From Mobula hypostoma (Eukaryota): a stretch of DNA of 64,000 nt. Made by a program: the position numbers and the translations under genes. Within the stretch, counting starts at the first letter, position 1; every line of letters starts with the position of its first letter. The notes beneath the pieces were generated by a model. The model made no database searches, was not told the DNA's origin, and saw nothing but the letters and a program-made list of their open reading frames with translations. The stretch covers positions 149,112,001 through 149,176,000 of the forward strand of contig NC_086097.1 in assembly GCF_963921235.1 (NCBI RefSeq), in the 5' to 3' direction. This document shows positions 38,501 through 52,200 of the stretch, piece after piece.

Positions 38501-41500
38501 ATTTTTATTATCGTCATGAAAAAATTGCAAGTAAACCTGACTCTTTGACGTCAATTTGGTGCAGCTATACTGAACTTTTGAAATCAGGAAGCTCCCAATC
38601 AAGTTTCAAAAACTCATATTTCCCTTACCTCAGGAAAAAAACCCTCTACTGAGAAATTGATTCATTTCTAAACATAAGAACATTCATAGAACGTATTAGG
38701 CCATTCAAACCACTGAGCCTGCTGGAGAGTTCTTTAACACCGTAAGATATAGGAGCAGAATTAAGCCATTTGGCCCATTCGGTCTGCTCCGCCATTTCAT
38801 CATGGCTGATCCAGTTTCCCTCTCAGCCCCAATCCCCTGCCGTCTCCCCTTATTCTCTAATGCCTGACCAATCAACAATCAATCAACCTCTGCCTTAAGT
38901 ATGCATAAAGACTTGGCCTCCATAGCTGCCACAGAATTCCACAGATTCACCACTCTCTGGCTAAAGAAATTCCTCCTCATCTCTGTTCTAAAAGGATGCC
39001 TCTCTAGTCTGAGGCAGTGTTCTCTGGTCACAGACTCTCCCACCACATTTAACATCCTTTCCACATCCACTGTATCAAGGCCTTTCACCATTCAATAGGT
39101 TTCAATGAGGTCACCCCTCATTCTTCTGAATTCGAGTGAATACAGGCCCAGAGCCATCATACGCTCTTCATATGACAAGCCATTCAATCCTGGACTCATT
39201 TTTGTGATCAAGATCGCGGCTAATCCAACCTTTAGCCTCAACACTTTCTTGACTGGCTCTACAAACCGGTGAATCCCGTCAAATTTATCTGCATGAATCT
39301 GATTATATTTAATGATTTAGCATTCATAGCTTCTGGGGAATTCAAAAAGAATTCTAAAGACTTATAATCCTCTGAGAGAAGGGATTCATTTCATTATTCT
39401 GACACTGCACCTACTGATTCAAGACCTCCGTTCTCACCAGACGAGGGTTCCCCAAAATACCTACCCTTTCTCTCATCCTCAGAATCCCACATATTTCAAT
39501 GAGCTCGTTACCAACGGGGCTCCAATAGAATTGAATTTAATAGCGTAACTCTCCAGTGGCATGGACACCCATCCTCATGAAGTGCTTTGAACAGCTGATA
39601 ATGGCACATATCCAAAACTCCATTCCTGCCACACTGGACACTCACCACCATGCCTCTTGCCATGCACCTGGCCCTGACACACCCAGAAAACAAGGACATT
39701 TATATCAGAATGCTGTTTCTGGATTTCAGTTTGGCATGCAACACTATTACCCCACAGACCCTGGTGAACAAATTCCTATTTCTTGGTCTAAATGCACCAT
39801 TGTGCACCGGTTGTTGGACTTCCTAACGAACAGACCTCAGATAGTCAGGATGCATAACCGTTCCTCCCTCCCCATCAGGCTTATCATGGGGTGCCCCCTA
39901 GAGCTGTGTGACGAGCACATTGCTGTGCACTCTGCTCACATATGACTACACAGCTGAACACTCAAGCAATCATATCATATTGTCAAGTTCTCCGAAGGCA
40001 CGGCAGTGGTGGGGCTCATCACCAACAACAATGATGAGGTGGCTTACAGAGAGGAGATAGATAGATAGATAAACATACTTTATTGATCCTGAGGGAAATT
40101 GGGTTTCGTTACAGTTGCACCAACCAAGAATAAATATAGCAATATAAAACCATAAATAATTAAATAATAATATGTAAATTATGCCAGATGGAAATAAGTC
40201 CAGGACCAGCCTATTGGCTCAGGGTGTCTGAACCTCCAAGGGAGGAGTTATAAAGTTTGATGGCCACAGGCAGGAATGACTTCCTATGACGCTCAGTGTT
40301 GTATCTCGGTGGAATGAGTCTCTGGCTGAATGTACTCCAGTGCCCACCCAGTACATTATGTAATGGATGGGAGACATTGTCCAAGATGGCATGCAACTTA
40401 GACCGCATCCTCTTTTCAGACACCGCCGTCAGAGAGTCCAGTTCCATTCCCACATCATCACTGGCCTTACGAATGAGTTTGTTGATTCTGTTAGTGTCTG
40501 CTACCCTCAGCCTGCTGCCCCAGCACACAACAGAAGAGCTCGAGGCTTGGTGCCAGTCAAATAACATCTTCCTTAATGTCAACAAGACAAAGAAGATGGT
40601 TATCAACTTCAGGAGAACTCGCACCACTCACAGCCCCTTCCACATCGGCGGCACTGCAAGCAGTTTCAAACTCCTGGAATTGCAAATCACACACAACCTC
40701 CCATGGTCCCAAAAACACATCCTACACAGTCAAGAAAGCTCATCAAGGCTTCTACTTGCTGAGGAGGTTGAAGAGAGCTGGACTTTGCACATTCATACTC
40801 ACATCGTTCTACAGATGCACAATAAAGAGCATCCTAACAAACTGCCCCACTGCTTGGTATGGAAATTGCCCTGCGGCGGACAGAAAGGCTCTGCAGTGGA
40901 TAGTCAAAACTGTCCAACGCATCACCAGCGCCAGGCCACCCATCATCGAGGACATACAGTATATACAGAAAGGAGCAGGAAAAGGGCAAGTGACATCTTG
41001 AAGGATCCCACCCACCCTACTCATGGACTGTTTGTCCCTCTCCCATCAAAGAGGAGGCTCTGTAACATCCATGCCAGGAGCAGACTCAATAACAATTACT
41101 TTCCCCAAGCAGAAAGGCTGATTAACACCTCCACCCACTAACCCACTACTACATTATTATTTCCTGTCAGTTACCTAATGTGCAGCTTAGCGTCAATTTA
41201 CGGACATACAATCATTCTATTTCTACACACATAAGACAACTTAAGTGTTTATATTGATTGTGTTTTAAGTTATTATTGGGTTCTTTGTCGTTTGTGTTTT
41301 CTGTGCTACATCACATCTGAAGTAACAATTATTTTGTTCTCCTTTATACTTGTGTACTGGATATGACAAACAATCTTGAATCTTGATATAACCCAACCCG
41401 ATAATAATGGCAATTTCGGTTTGGTTCTGAGCACGTGTATGCTGCATGTCTGTGCCTTCAAAATCCTGGACCACGAATAGACAACCTGGTAAATGAGGGA

Positions 41501-44500
41501 TATTTCCCAGTCCACTGAACAGTTTGTAACAAAATTACACAAACAAAATGCTGGAGGAACCAGCAGGTCAGGCAGCGTCTATGGAGAGGAATAAGGAGTC
41601 AACATCCCAATGAAGGGTCTTAAACCAAAACTTCGACTCGTTATTCCTCTCCATAGATGATGTCTGATCTGCTGTTCCTCCAGCACTTGTGTGTCTTACT
41701 CTGGATTTCCTGCATCTGCAGAATCTCATGTGTTCATGATTTCATACCAAGAAGAACTGAATTTTGGGGGTATCAGTGAGACTTTATAACTTTTATTCTG
41801 CTTACTTAGATTTGCAAAGGATCACATTGCACTATTTAAAGAACAGGGGGTAGTTTTCCTTAAAACAACATTGTTTTCTGAGTCAAACTGACTCTACACT
41901 GATTAAGTGTCCATTCATTAAATATTTTCATGAGAGTTATTGCATGCAAATTGTTTGATGCAACACTTCCCATATTTCAGATGTAGTTCTTTGTCCATGA
42001 AATGTTTTGGGATATCTTGAGGATATGATAAGCTATTAACATAAACAAAGGTCTTTTATTTTTTCTTTACACCATTCTGTCGTCATGCCAGTTTGCCATT
42101 GGATAGTGGTTGCCAAGATATTATGCATTACTACAGTTCCCTTGTGGCAGAAGGAACCATGTAAATCTCCCAGTACTAACATTCTATTGTAATCTCTGAT
42201 AATTGCCATTGTTTTAGCTTCCTTACCAATAATGCACATGAAACCCATGATGCCTGTACCATTTCTCCTCACTGCTGCACGCTCTTCTTATGGGAGAGAG
42301 TGCAAACTCCATGGCCGGTCGTTCAACCTTCTCTTCCCAAGTTAAGGCAATGACACAAAAACACTTCTCAAATCCAAGGAATCCATTTTATAGATTTTGC
42401 CATGTAGGAAATAAAAGTTGGGCATAGAATGGGCATAACTGCTACTGAGTGCTGACAAAACATTAAACCTTAGCAGCAATGTAAAGTAAATTCTATACTT
42501 CCACAATGCAATGTTGAGGAAATCGGGTTGCATTGTGTCTCTTCTGATGGCACCAGGTTTTGAGATGTGTTCTTTGTGTCATTGCTTTAACATAACTTGA
42601 GAAGAGAAAGTTGAAAGAACAGACACTGATTTTAATAGAGCTAAGTTCACACTCTCTCCTACAGTATCTCTAGTTTGTTTTTAACTGCAGAGAAGAAAGC
42701 AAGAACAAGAGTGGGGCCATTCAGACTTTTAAGTGTGCTTTGCCATTCAGTATCATTATTACTGATTAACTATATCATTAATCCTCTCTTATTCTTTCCC
42801 TTGATGCCTTCTGTAGAAATTTACTCAGGTTCTTCTTAAAAATATTCAGTAACTTGTTCTCTACAGCTTCAACAGTGATGAATTCCATGGATTCATCACC
42901 GTTTTAGGGAAGGGTTTTATCCGGATGTCAGCCCTAGATCCTTTGCCCCAAGACAATCACTTATTGTTCCGAACTCTGCAGTCAGGGTAAACATCTTTTT
43001 CATATCCATTCTGTCTAAATCTATCAGAATTTTGTAAGTTTCATTCTTTTAAACTCTACTGAATGCAAACTTTCCTCTAGTCAAGTTAATCTCTCTTCAT
43101 ACAGTTGTCCTTCCTCTTGGGAATCTTCACTGTACTGCTTTCTTAGGTGAGAGGACTGAAGCTACACACAGTGTGGTCTCGTTATCAGTTGGTAAAGCCT
43201 AGTGAACTCTTGGTGGAGTGTGGCAGTCTCATCCTCTGGTGAAGGTATCTTATCTGAGTTCATGAAAGGTGGCTTGGCTTTGGGATGTGGTGGGAGTAAC
43301 AAAATTATAGATCGGGGTACAAATCGGGTGAATTCATTCTGGATTTTTTCCCATCAGGTTGGGTGAGACTAGAACTAGGAGGCCATAATTTTAGAGTGAA
43401 TATTGAAAGGTCCAAGGGGAATCTGAGGAGAAATGTCTTCATTCAGAGGCTGGTGCAAAGGTGTAACAAGCTGCCCACGTAAATGGTAGATGTGGGGTCA
43501 ATGATAACATTTACTGTAAGAGTAGCTTGGGTGGGTACATGGATGAGAGAGATTTGGAGGGATATCGTCGGGTGCAGGTAGATAGGACTAGGCAGATCAG
43601 CTGAAGGGCCAGTATCTGTGCTATAGTCCTGTGATCTGATAACAGATTGGAGATGGTACGCAGTGCACACACTGTGCTCTGATGATGGAGGGAGTGGATG
43701 GGGTACCAGTCAAGTGGGCTGCTTTATCCTGAACGTTGTGACTGGCGTCTGGGTAAGATTTAATGTCTATGAATTCCAGATTGAGGTGGATGGCAACAAA
43801 GTCACTCTAAGGTCGTTGGTTGGATCTTTCATCTCATTCGTCAATAAAGTATCTTTGCTGAAGCCAAATTGCTAACTATTTCCAGTATGAGATAGTGAAA
43901 CATAAATAACTTTTTTTAACTTCTAAAAAGCAAGCTGAAGGGCTTGTTCTGTAGGGAACTGAAGGTTATTGTGACATATGCAAACAGCTCAAATTCTCTG
44001 GCTCACCGTGAATCCAGTACATTTGAAACTCTGGGAATATCGTGTGCAAAGCATAATTGCATGAGAATCAATAATATGGATTGTAATGATACAGTGATAC
44101 CCTGAAGCACTTGCTGCATAAAATCTGGGATCAGTAATTTTTAAAAAGATTTTATCTTTAGATTTAATAAAATGAGAGGATCCATGAAGAGGCATTTTGT
44201 ACTTGGCCTGCAGGCAAAGATCAAATTGGATGAGCTAAATTATTTGCAGCTCTTTCCAATAATCTTTAAACACAATGGTGCCTCTGCTGGTGAGTATCAG
44301 ACAGGCTGCAGATTCATAGTACTTGTGCTTTGTTCATCTTCCTGACAGGAACTGGACACCAGGATGGATATAAACTATGCGCACTTTGTTCAATTCTACA
44401 GAAACCTGATGTTTGATGCACAAAAATCAGTGAGTAGTTACTTGAAAAGTTGGATCAACTGCAAAATCAATGTATTGATCATTGAATATGAAATTAACTA

Positions 44501-46213
44501 AACTGCATGCATTTTCTTTTTTATAAAATAATTACATAACTAGTTTACTACAATACATATTCACCCTATTGTTTTCTATCATTATATGCAGTGCTTTGCT
44601 ACCCTCTACAATAAACAATCCAATATTCCTTGATCTGTTGACAATCTTTATTTTCTTTTATATTGTATACAAAGCAATTTCCCTACTATACATTTTGCTC
44701 CTATTACCTATGGTAAATCTTAGGCCCATTGTTTTCTATAACTTGTGAAGTGATTTGCAATGTTAAATATGGCTATTTAATTTGGTGGCCATTAATGCAC
44801 CATTGAAACAGTCTATTTCATATTAAGGTTTATTTGTCTATTTTAATTTTTAGACAATTATATAGTTTAGCTTTTTCTTTCCTGGCTTGTTGTGTGTGAG
44901 TAATTCTTACTGTATTAGCCAACTTGGTGATATTCCAACTGCAGGATGCCAAAAATCATTATGAACTGGTATTTGATAGTGACCAATGCCAGAGGGGATA
45001 AGAACACACAAGAGCAATTAGCAGCAAGTGCTGTTAGCATCACTTGACTCTCTCATCTGAAATTCTGTGCCTCCAATTTCCACTGACGTTGAGTAACCTA
45101 ACCTGCAGTCCATAAGGAAACACCAGAAGAAGCTCAGAATGATGTCATCTTTTGTTTTTGCATGGCTACTGATGTGTGGGATCACTTTCCACTTCTGCAA
45201 GCCCAGAATTCTGCCCTGTTGAAGGTTGAAGTAGGTTAATCAACCCTCCCCAACTGCTAACTTCTTCAGAATGCCGACTTGACAATGTTACCTACTAGCT
45301 GCATGTACAGTAAATGAAATTGGGCCTTAAGGAGAAATTAATGAATTAACTAAATAGGGAGATAGGTGACAAATTAATTTCTATGAAGCTGAAATTACCC
45401 ATTTGGACCCGAAGAAGATATATCTGGGTTCTTCTTAGATGATGAAATCCATAAGAATGGGGTCCAAAAGAAACTTAGGTTCCAAACCAGATGGATTATT
45501 AAGATACCTTGGGCAATTAAACAAAATGATCACAAACATCAATGAAAGCTGGAGGACTAGGACACAAGGATATAAAACTAATGTTGCCACTGTGCAAGGC
45601 TATAGTTAGTTATACAAGTATTTCTAGATACTGCAAAAAGGATATATTTGTTTTGGAAGCAATGCAGCACAGCATGTTTATTGATTGTTGAGATAGTTCA
45701 TATATTCAAACCTTGGCTTGATTACATCACTTCCTGTAAATTTTCTTTGTGAAGATTTGGCAAGATATCTGAAACTTTGACAAACTTCTATAGATGTGTT
45801 GTTGAGCATATATTAACTGGTTGCCTCGCAGCCCGGTATGGAAACACCAATGTCCGTGTATGGAAAATCCTACAAAAATGTAGTGGATGCGTGTCGGTCC
45901 ATCACGGGTAAAGCCCTCCCCATCACTGAGCACATCTATTCAGAGTGTTGTTGCAGGAAAGCAGTATCCATCATCGAGGACTCCCCCCACCCAGGTCATG
46001 CCCCCTACTTGACGCTGCCGTCAGAAAGAAGGTACAGGAGCCTCAGAACCCAGACCACCAGGTTCGGAAACAGTTTTTACCCCTAAACCATCAGGCTCTT
46101 GAACCAGTCGAGATAACTTCGCTCAACTTAACTCAGCCCATCACTAAACTGTTCCCACAACCTATGGACTCACTTTGAAGGACGCTTTATCTCATGTTCT
46201 TGATACTTATTGC

Positions 46214-46246
<33 letters not shown>

Positions 46247-49200
46247 GTTTTCTGTCATTTTTGTATTTGCACAATTTGTTGTCTTTTGCATATTGGATTT
46301 GTCTCTTTTGTTGAGTGCGGTCTTTCATTGATTCAATCATGTTTGTTGGATTTACTGTGTATGTCCACAGGAAAACGAATCTCTGTGTTGTATTTAGTAT
46401 CATATATGTAATTTAATAATAAGTTCGCTTTGAACTTTGCAAGTTTATCTACTTGTAGGTGGCTCCAGAAAAGGGGGTAATATATAATGTCAAAGACAAG
46501 TCTATTTGCAATGAGGTTATGAAACCATTTGCCAGACAGACATTTCTGCAAAAAAATGTCAACTGTTATTTCAAAACTAAGGCTGAATAATTCTTGTTAA
46601 ACAGAGTTAATGAAGAAACAGGAAAAATGTTGGAGATATGGAATTAAGTCACAAAGCAGGCATTTTATTGAATAGTGGAAGAAGTCCAAGAGACTGAATA
46701 GCCCATTTCTATCCCAGAGTTCCTTAAAATGGCTTGACTTCACAGCTGCAGTAAACAATTGTTAGCAGATACATTCTGATCCCCACTGAATTCTTATGGT
46801 GTCAGTAAGTTGTGGCTAGTTTTCTGAATAAAGTTGACTGCAACTTCAGTGACAAGATCCTGGCTGTGGCTGGGGGCTCAGGGATGTAAATCTGCTACTT
46901 GGTAGCGGAGGTGGACTTGGGGGGAGGGTGGTTGGTGAAGGGCACAATGAGAACAAATCTCAAACATGATAGTGCCAAGAAAGGACTCATTAGCTTGGCT
47001 GACTTTCAAAGCTATCAAAATGCTAAATGTTTAGCAAATAAAATAGAAAATGCTGGAAATACTCAGCAAGTCATGCAGCATCTGGGGAGAGGGAAGCTGA
47101 ATTTAAATAATTGACCTTTCAGAAATCTCTGAATTTTAGAAAGATATTTTAATTATTATTTTTCAATAAACATAAATGCTTTCAAAGCACTTGAAAATTG
47201 AATATTTTTTGGAGAACATTTAAATTTTAATTGCTTTAAAAGTAAAATAAAATATTTACATAAATTGAAACCACCAAAACACATTAACTAAAAGTTACCT
47301 TCGCCCTTTGTAGCTATTCCTCTTAGATCCTACCTTGGTCTGATTGGTTACGCAAGCTCCCAGCATAAAGTGGTGAAGTATTGTCACAACTTTGTATTCA
47401 AGTGGTGCAGCACATGTGAGAACATACTGGTGAATTGCTGCCAAAATTTGAGATTTTTGAGTTTGTACATATCTTTATTCATCACCCCTGGTTATCTTGT
47501 TTGCACAAATCCATAGAGTTATATCAATTGAATTCTCCCAGAAGTTCAATAGTTAATAAATCATGGTTTGATTACATCACACTTATTTCTAAATATCTGT
47601 TATTTTGTTTTTTGTGTACAGGTAATTGAGCAGCTGGAGCTGTCTTTTCCTCTAAGGTAAGGAAACATTCATTCGTTTATCCTGAATTTTTTTTAATTTT
47701 CACTTTCTACTTCTACTCCATGTAAAAATAAATTTATTTTAAAAAATGACAAACTAATTCTCATTTTCTTAAGCCTAGAATGAAATTAGATGTGATCAGT
47801 CATCCTCGTGTTTTATTATGATTTTTTCTGCTAATACATTTTTTGGCATAGATCACTTAGAAAAATTGTAACTGTTGAATCATTGATACAGTATATATAG
47901 AGCACAGGGCAACATAAAATCAAGGCTGACATTGCCATGTGAAAATAATTAGTGCTGTATCTTAAAAGTTAAAGTGAAATTCCTTCCAATTTCTCAGATT
48001 ATTGTAGAAGAGCTCATGGGACACTCTGAAGAGTAAGGATTTCCTGATCAAAAATCTTGTAATCAAAAATTATCCTGTACTAAAAAGTGAATGAGTCAAT
48101 TTATTTGATCAGTATTCTGCTGTTGTTTCTGGGAACAACAAAAGTTGCTATGTTTCCTTTCTAAAATCATAACTAAAAAATATGAGCAAACTTGCCACAA
48201 TACCTTCAATAAGGAGGTATACTTTGTTAACTGCCCCTCTCTCTGTAGATGCTGCCTGATCTGCTTAGTTTTTCCAACATTTTCTGTATTTTGTCAAATA
48301 GTGCTATTCATAATGTAAATTTCTGTGCTCATATTTGGCCTTTTTATTGCACACAGGAATATGGAGAGGCCTGAACTCTGCCAGATAACATTGTTTGATT
48401 TCCAGAAGTTTTTGCAATATGATCAAAAGGTAAGCAAACTGAAAATGGATTATTCTTACTTTGTTGTTTGCGTTATTCTTACTTTATAGTGATTAATGCC
48501 TGGAATATACTGCTGGAATTTGTAGAAGAGGCTGATACGATAGGAACATTAAAGGGACTCTTAGATAGACTCTTAGATGTAGGAGAAATGGAAGGTTATG
48601 TGCTGTGTAGGGGATAAGGGTTAGGTTGATTATGGAGTAGGTTTATATTGATTGGCATAACACCTTGAGCTGAAGGACCTGTATTGTGCACACTGTTCTA
48701 TGTTCTATGCTCTGATGCACCTCAGAATACTTTATTGTCTGTAAAGGTTCTAAGGTTGTGAAAGGGACTATTAAAGAAAACACAAGTCTTTGAAGTATCT
48801 TGGCCATTACAGCAGGTTTGACAGTGATTCCAGCAATCCAACTTAGCATGGATCTCTGCCATTTTATCATTTTGGAATCATAATTGTTTAGAGAACCATT
48901 GGTACACTGGGGAGATTTATATACTAAATGGCACTATTTTCTGTAGCTCTACATATTGGGCCCTGCAATACAATGATTGATTGAGGGCAATTATTTTATT
49001 TTTAAGGTTCGTAATACCAAAACCTAGTTTTTAGGGGTGCATCTAGAGTGGGTTTTGGGCTAGTTAAAACCGAGGGGATACTCTTCACATTTTACACAGT
49101 AACAGTAACAACTTTCTTCGATACAATGGTAGGCGGTTTAGAAGCCTGAAGTCCAACACCAGCAGTGGAAGGAAAACTACTCTTCCCTTTATTCATTCGG

Positions 49201-52200
49201 GGTTTGAACCAACTTGCACAACCCTAATTAGTACTTCAGTATAACAACATTATGACCGTTTTGACTATTTTGCACTATGGTGGACTTCTATAAAAATTCT
49301 TATGATGATCTTTCTTGTTAAAATTGTGTGTAGTTTATGTTTAATTTATACTTTTCTATTGACCGTTGCGCCACTGAGTAGGCTTTTCATTGCACTGTGC
49401 ATACATACACTTGTGCGTATGACTATCAACTTGACTGACTTTGACAACCCCAGTTAATACTTCTTTGATAGTCCTATTAAGGTAATAAAATTCCTCAGTG
49501 GGAGAGTAGACAATAGTTAACATCACATCAGAGATGACATTTTGGACAGGTGGCCAATGAGTTCAGTTGAGGAGGAGAGGAAAATATGTTGAGGGAGTGA
49601 ATTCCCTCAAGTCAAAGCACCCAATAGCAGGTGACATTTACTAATTGATGACTTATTATTGGCTTTGCTTGGTCAATTTTTCTCTCTAGGAATCAAATAA
49701 AGCAGTGATTGGAAAACAAAAGTTTGAGCTATTGAAATGAAAGTATTTAGAATTGAATGAACAGACGTATGGAGTTTTGGAATTCTAATGTCTGATGGTA
49801 AATGGGAAAAAATTAATATAGTTTGAAGGTATTAAAAGTGAATATTAAAAAAAATGTTAGCAGCATGTGCAGGATAAATTTTAATTTCAAATTATAATCT
49901 TTACAATTGGAAGGTACCTAATTTGTTCAAATGCATTGATTTAATACATTTACATGGATTACATTAATTTAATTGCATTTTTATTTATAGATCTGGAATG
50001 AGACTTCATTAATTATGTGCTCTTGTTTCCTAGGAAAGTTGGGCAAATGACACTAACAAAGTTCGAGAATGCATCTTTAATTATTTTAAAGACCCCTTAC
50101 GGGAGACTTCAGACCCTGTTTTACAACTTGATGAGGTAGATATAAATTTGTATTATTATCTCAGCTTTCGGTAAATGTCAAACTGTGTACATTCTTCTTT
50201 ATAAGATAATTGCAAATAGCTCATCTTTAGCAAAGGCATACTTGGAATTAAAATTTTCTTTTATTGAGGGAATGGGATGGGAAAACTGGCAGTTTTTCTC
50301 AATTCCTAACTGGTTAGAGGATTCATGGGAAACAGCTCTCATCTACTGGGAGTCAGTAGGATAAGGAAAACACCACTTAAGCTTTGAGAGTTAAGCTTTC
50401 AATGCTTGGAACACTTGATGAATGCTCGATTACACAATGTCTCTTTATGCAAGAATTAAAGGAGCAAATTTTCATCAAAAAATCACAACAATAGACATTG
50501 TTTTATGCCAAAAGTGCACACTTCTTGCATCTGACATTTCCTTTCACCTCCGAGGACCACTCATTTTAATTAAAATGTTTTCAGTATGAAGTACTCCATT
50601 TGATGTCATCTGAACAAGAAGGTGTATATGCTTTGTGCTTCTAGACTAACTGAAGAAACATGCTGTCTTCTTAATTATGGCATTCATAACAAGAGATGCA
50701 GAACTCGCCACAGAAATTTAAGTGATTCCTCTATGTGTTCCTGTAGCTTGAGCAATATTATGAACTGAGTTTCATGAGCTAAAATTTATTGCACTGACTC
50801 AGGGATGTATTCAACCCAATTCTGTAGATTGCACAAGATCAGAAGGATTTGCTTTTCTTCATCCTTTCAGTCTGAGTTATAAATTGGAGTTATATGAATG
50901 GCAGTGAAATAATGTGCTAAATCATTGGCATGTGAGCTAATGCATCTGAAAGTCTGAAGCTGCTGTATCGTTATATCATTTAAAGTTTGTTCAAGTTTAA
51001 GTATCATTCAATTATACATGAATACCCATGAATACAACCAAAATAAACAATGTTACTGCAGGACCAAAGTGCAAAACACAGTACCAACAGCCATACACAG
51101 CACAAGGCACATATAGTACATATAAAACAGCGGGCATATGTAAGATAGTGAGAATGTATAAGATTCCTGTAAAATATAGTCAGGCAAAAAAAATAGTTCA
51201 AGTCCCTGAGTCCATGAATGTTGCAGCAGTCTGCTTGTTTTCTGCCATGTGAACGCTGGGAGAGAGCTCTGACTCTAGCATGGACTCTGTGCCACACCAC
51301 CTCCGGCACTCCAGTGGAGCACCCAACTCTGATGCCTCTGCCTGGGCAGCTCCAAACAGGCGACACCATGGCTTGAGGGCTAGTTCTTGCTGTGGCCAAG
51401 GCCATGCAGTTCCCCTGCCATCCGCTCCCTCGTTTGCTAATAAAGCAATGAATTGGACTTGCAACGTTTCACACCAATAAAGTCTTGCAGTCTCAAGGTG
51501 AGTGACTAAGATGATCACTCACTGTTGGACTACACTCTTCATTTGCGCACCGACACCTCTTCGTCGCAGTTGCAACGAGCAACTCTCTGATGGTGTAGAC
51601 CCGCAGTACTTTAAGTCCTTAGTGTCCAGCAGGGTTTTGCAATCACAAAAATAAGTTTAAAAAAGACAGGAACACCTTTGGTTGACCCCGTAGAAGCCGC
51701 TGCATCTGAGCGGGCAAACATCTTACCAAAAGTAAATAAGGTAACCAATTCATATTAATCAATAATTACCTGAGAGACTATCCCCATGTATCTATTCGTA
51801 TATCGACAACCTCCAGACAAGTTTCCTGAACACTCATTCAAAATATTTCCAGTTAAGCACTTCAGGGAATCCTGAACATACACAATCCTGTTGTAGAAGA
51901 TGACAACATGGTATTTAAATAAGAATTTTTCTGCTGATTCCAATTTATTTGGTTCTGTGTACTTACAGGTGATAGGTTTGCAAGTAAACACTGTTGGTTT
52001 GAAGGCTGGGTATACATCAGTTCACATTAGGAATTAAAAATACAAACGTGGGGAGGTTCCTGTATTAAATAACAATAGTGAGAATTGTTTTCTATGTGGC
52101 TTGAGATTTTAGCAAAAACAACAATAATTTAGAGATTCTAATAGAATAATCTAAAAAGGCCACTACAATTCATGATTTAAAGTTAATTTTGGTATTGAGC

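Noticed and set aside
40296..41141. 281-aa ORF suggesting a novel gene
   Set aside because: It is a chance read-through across an antisense Rex1 insert and a frameshifted host LINE.
46215..46248. (TTA)n giving a poly-Ile ORF
   Set aside because: Simple microsatellite inside a LINE 3' UTR.
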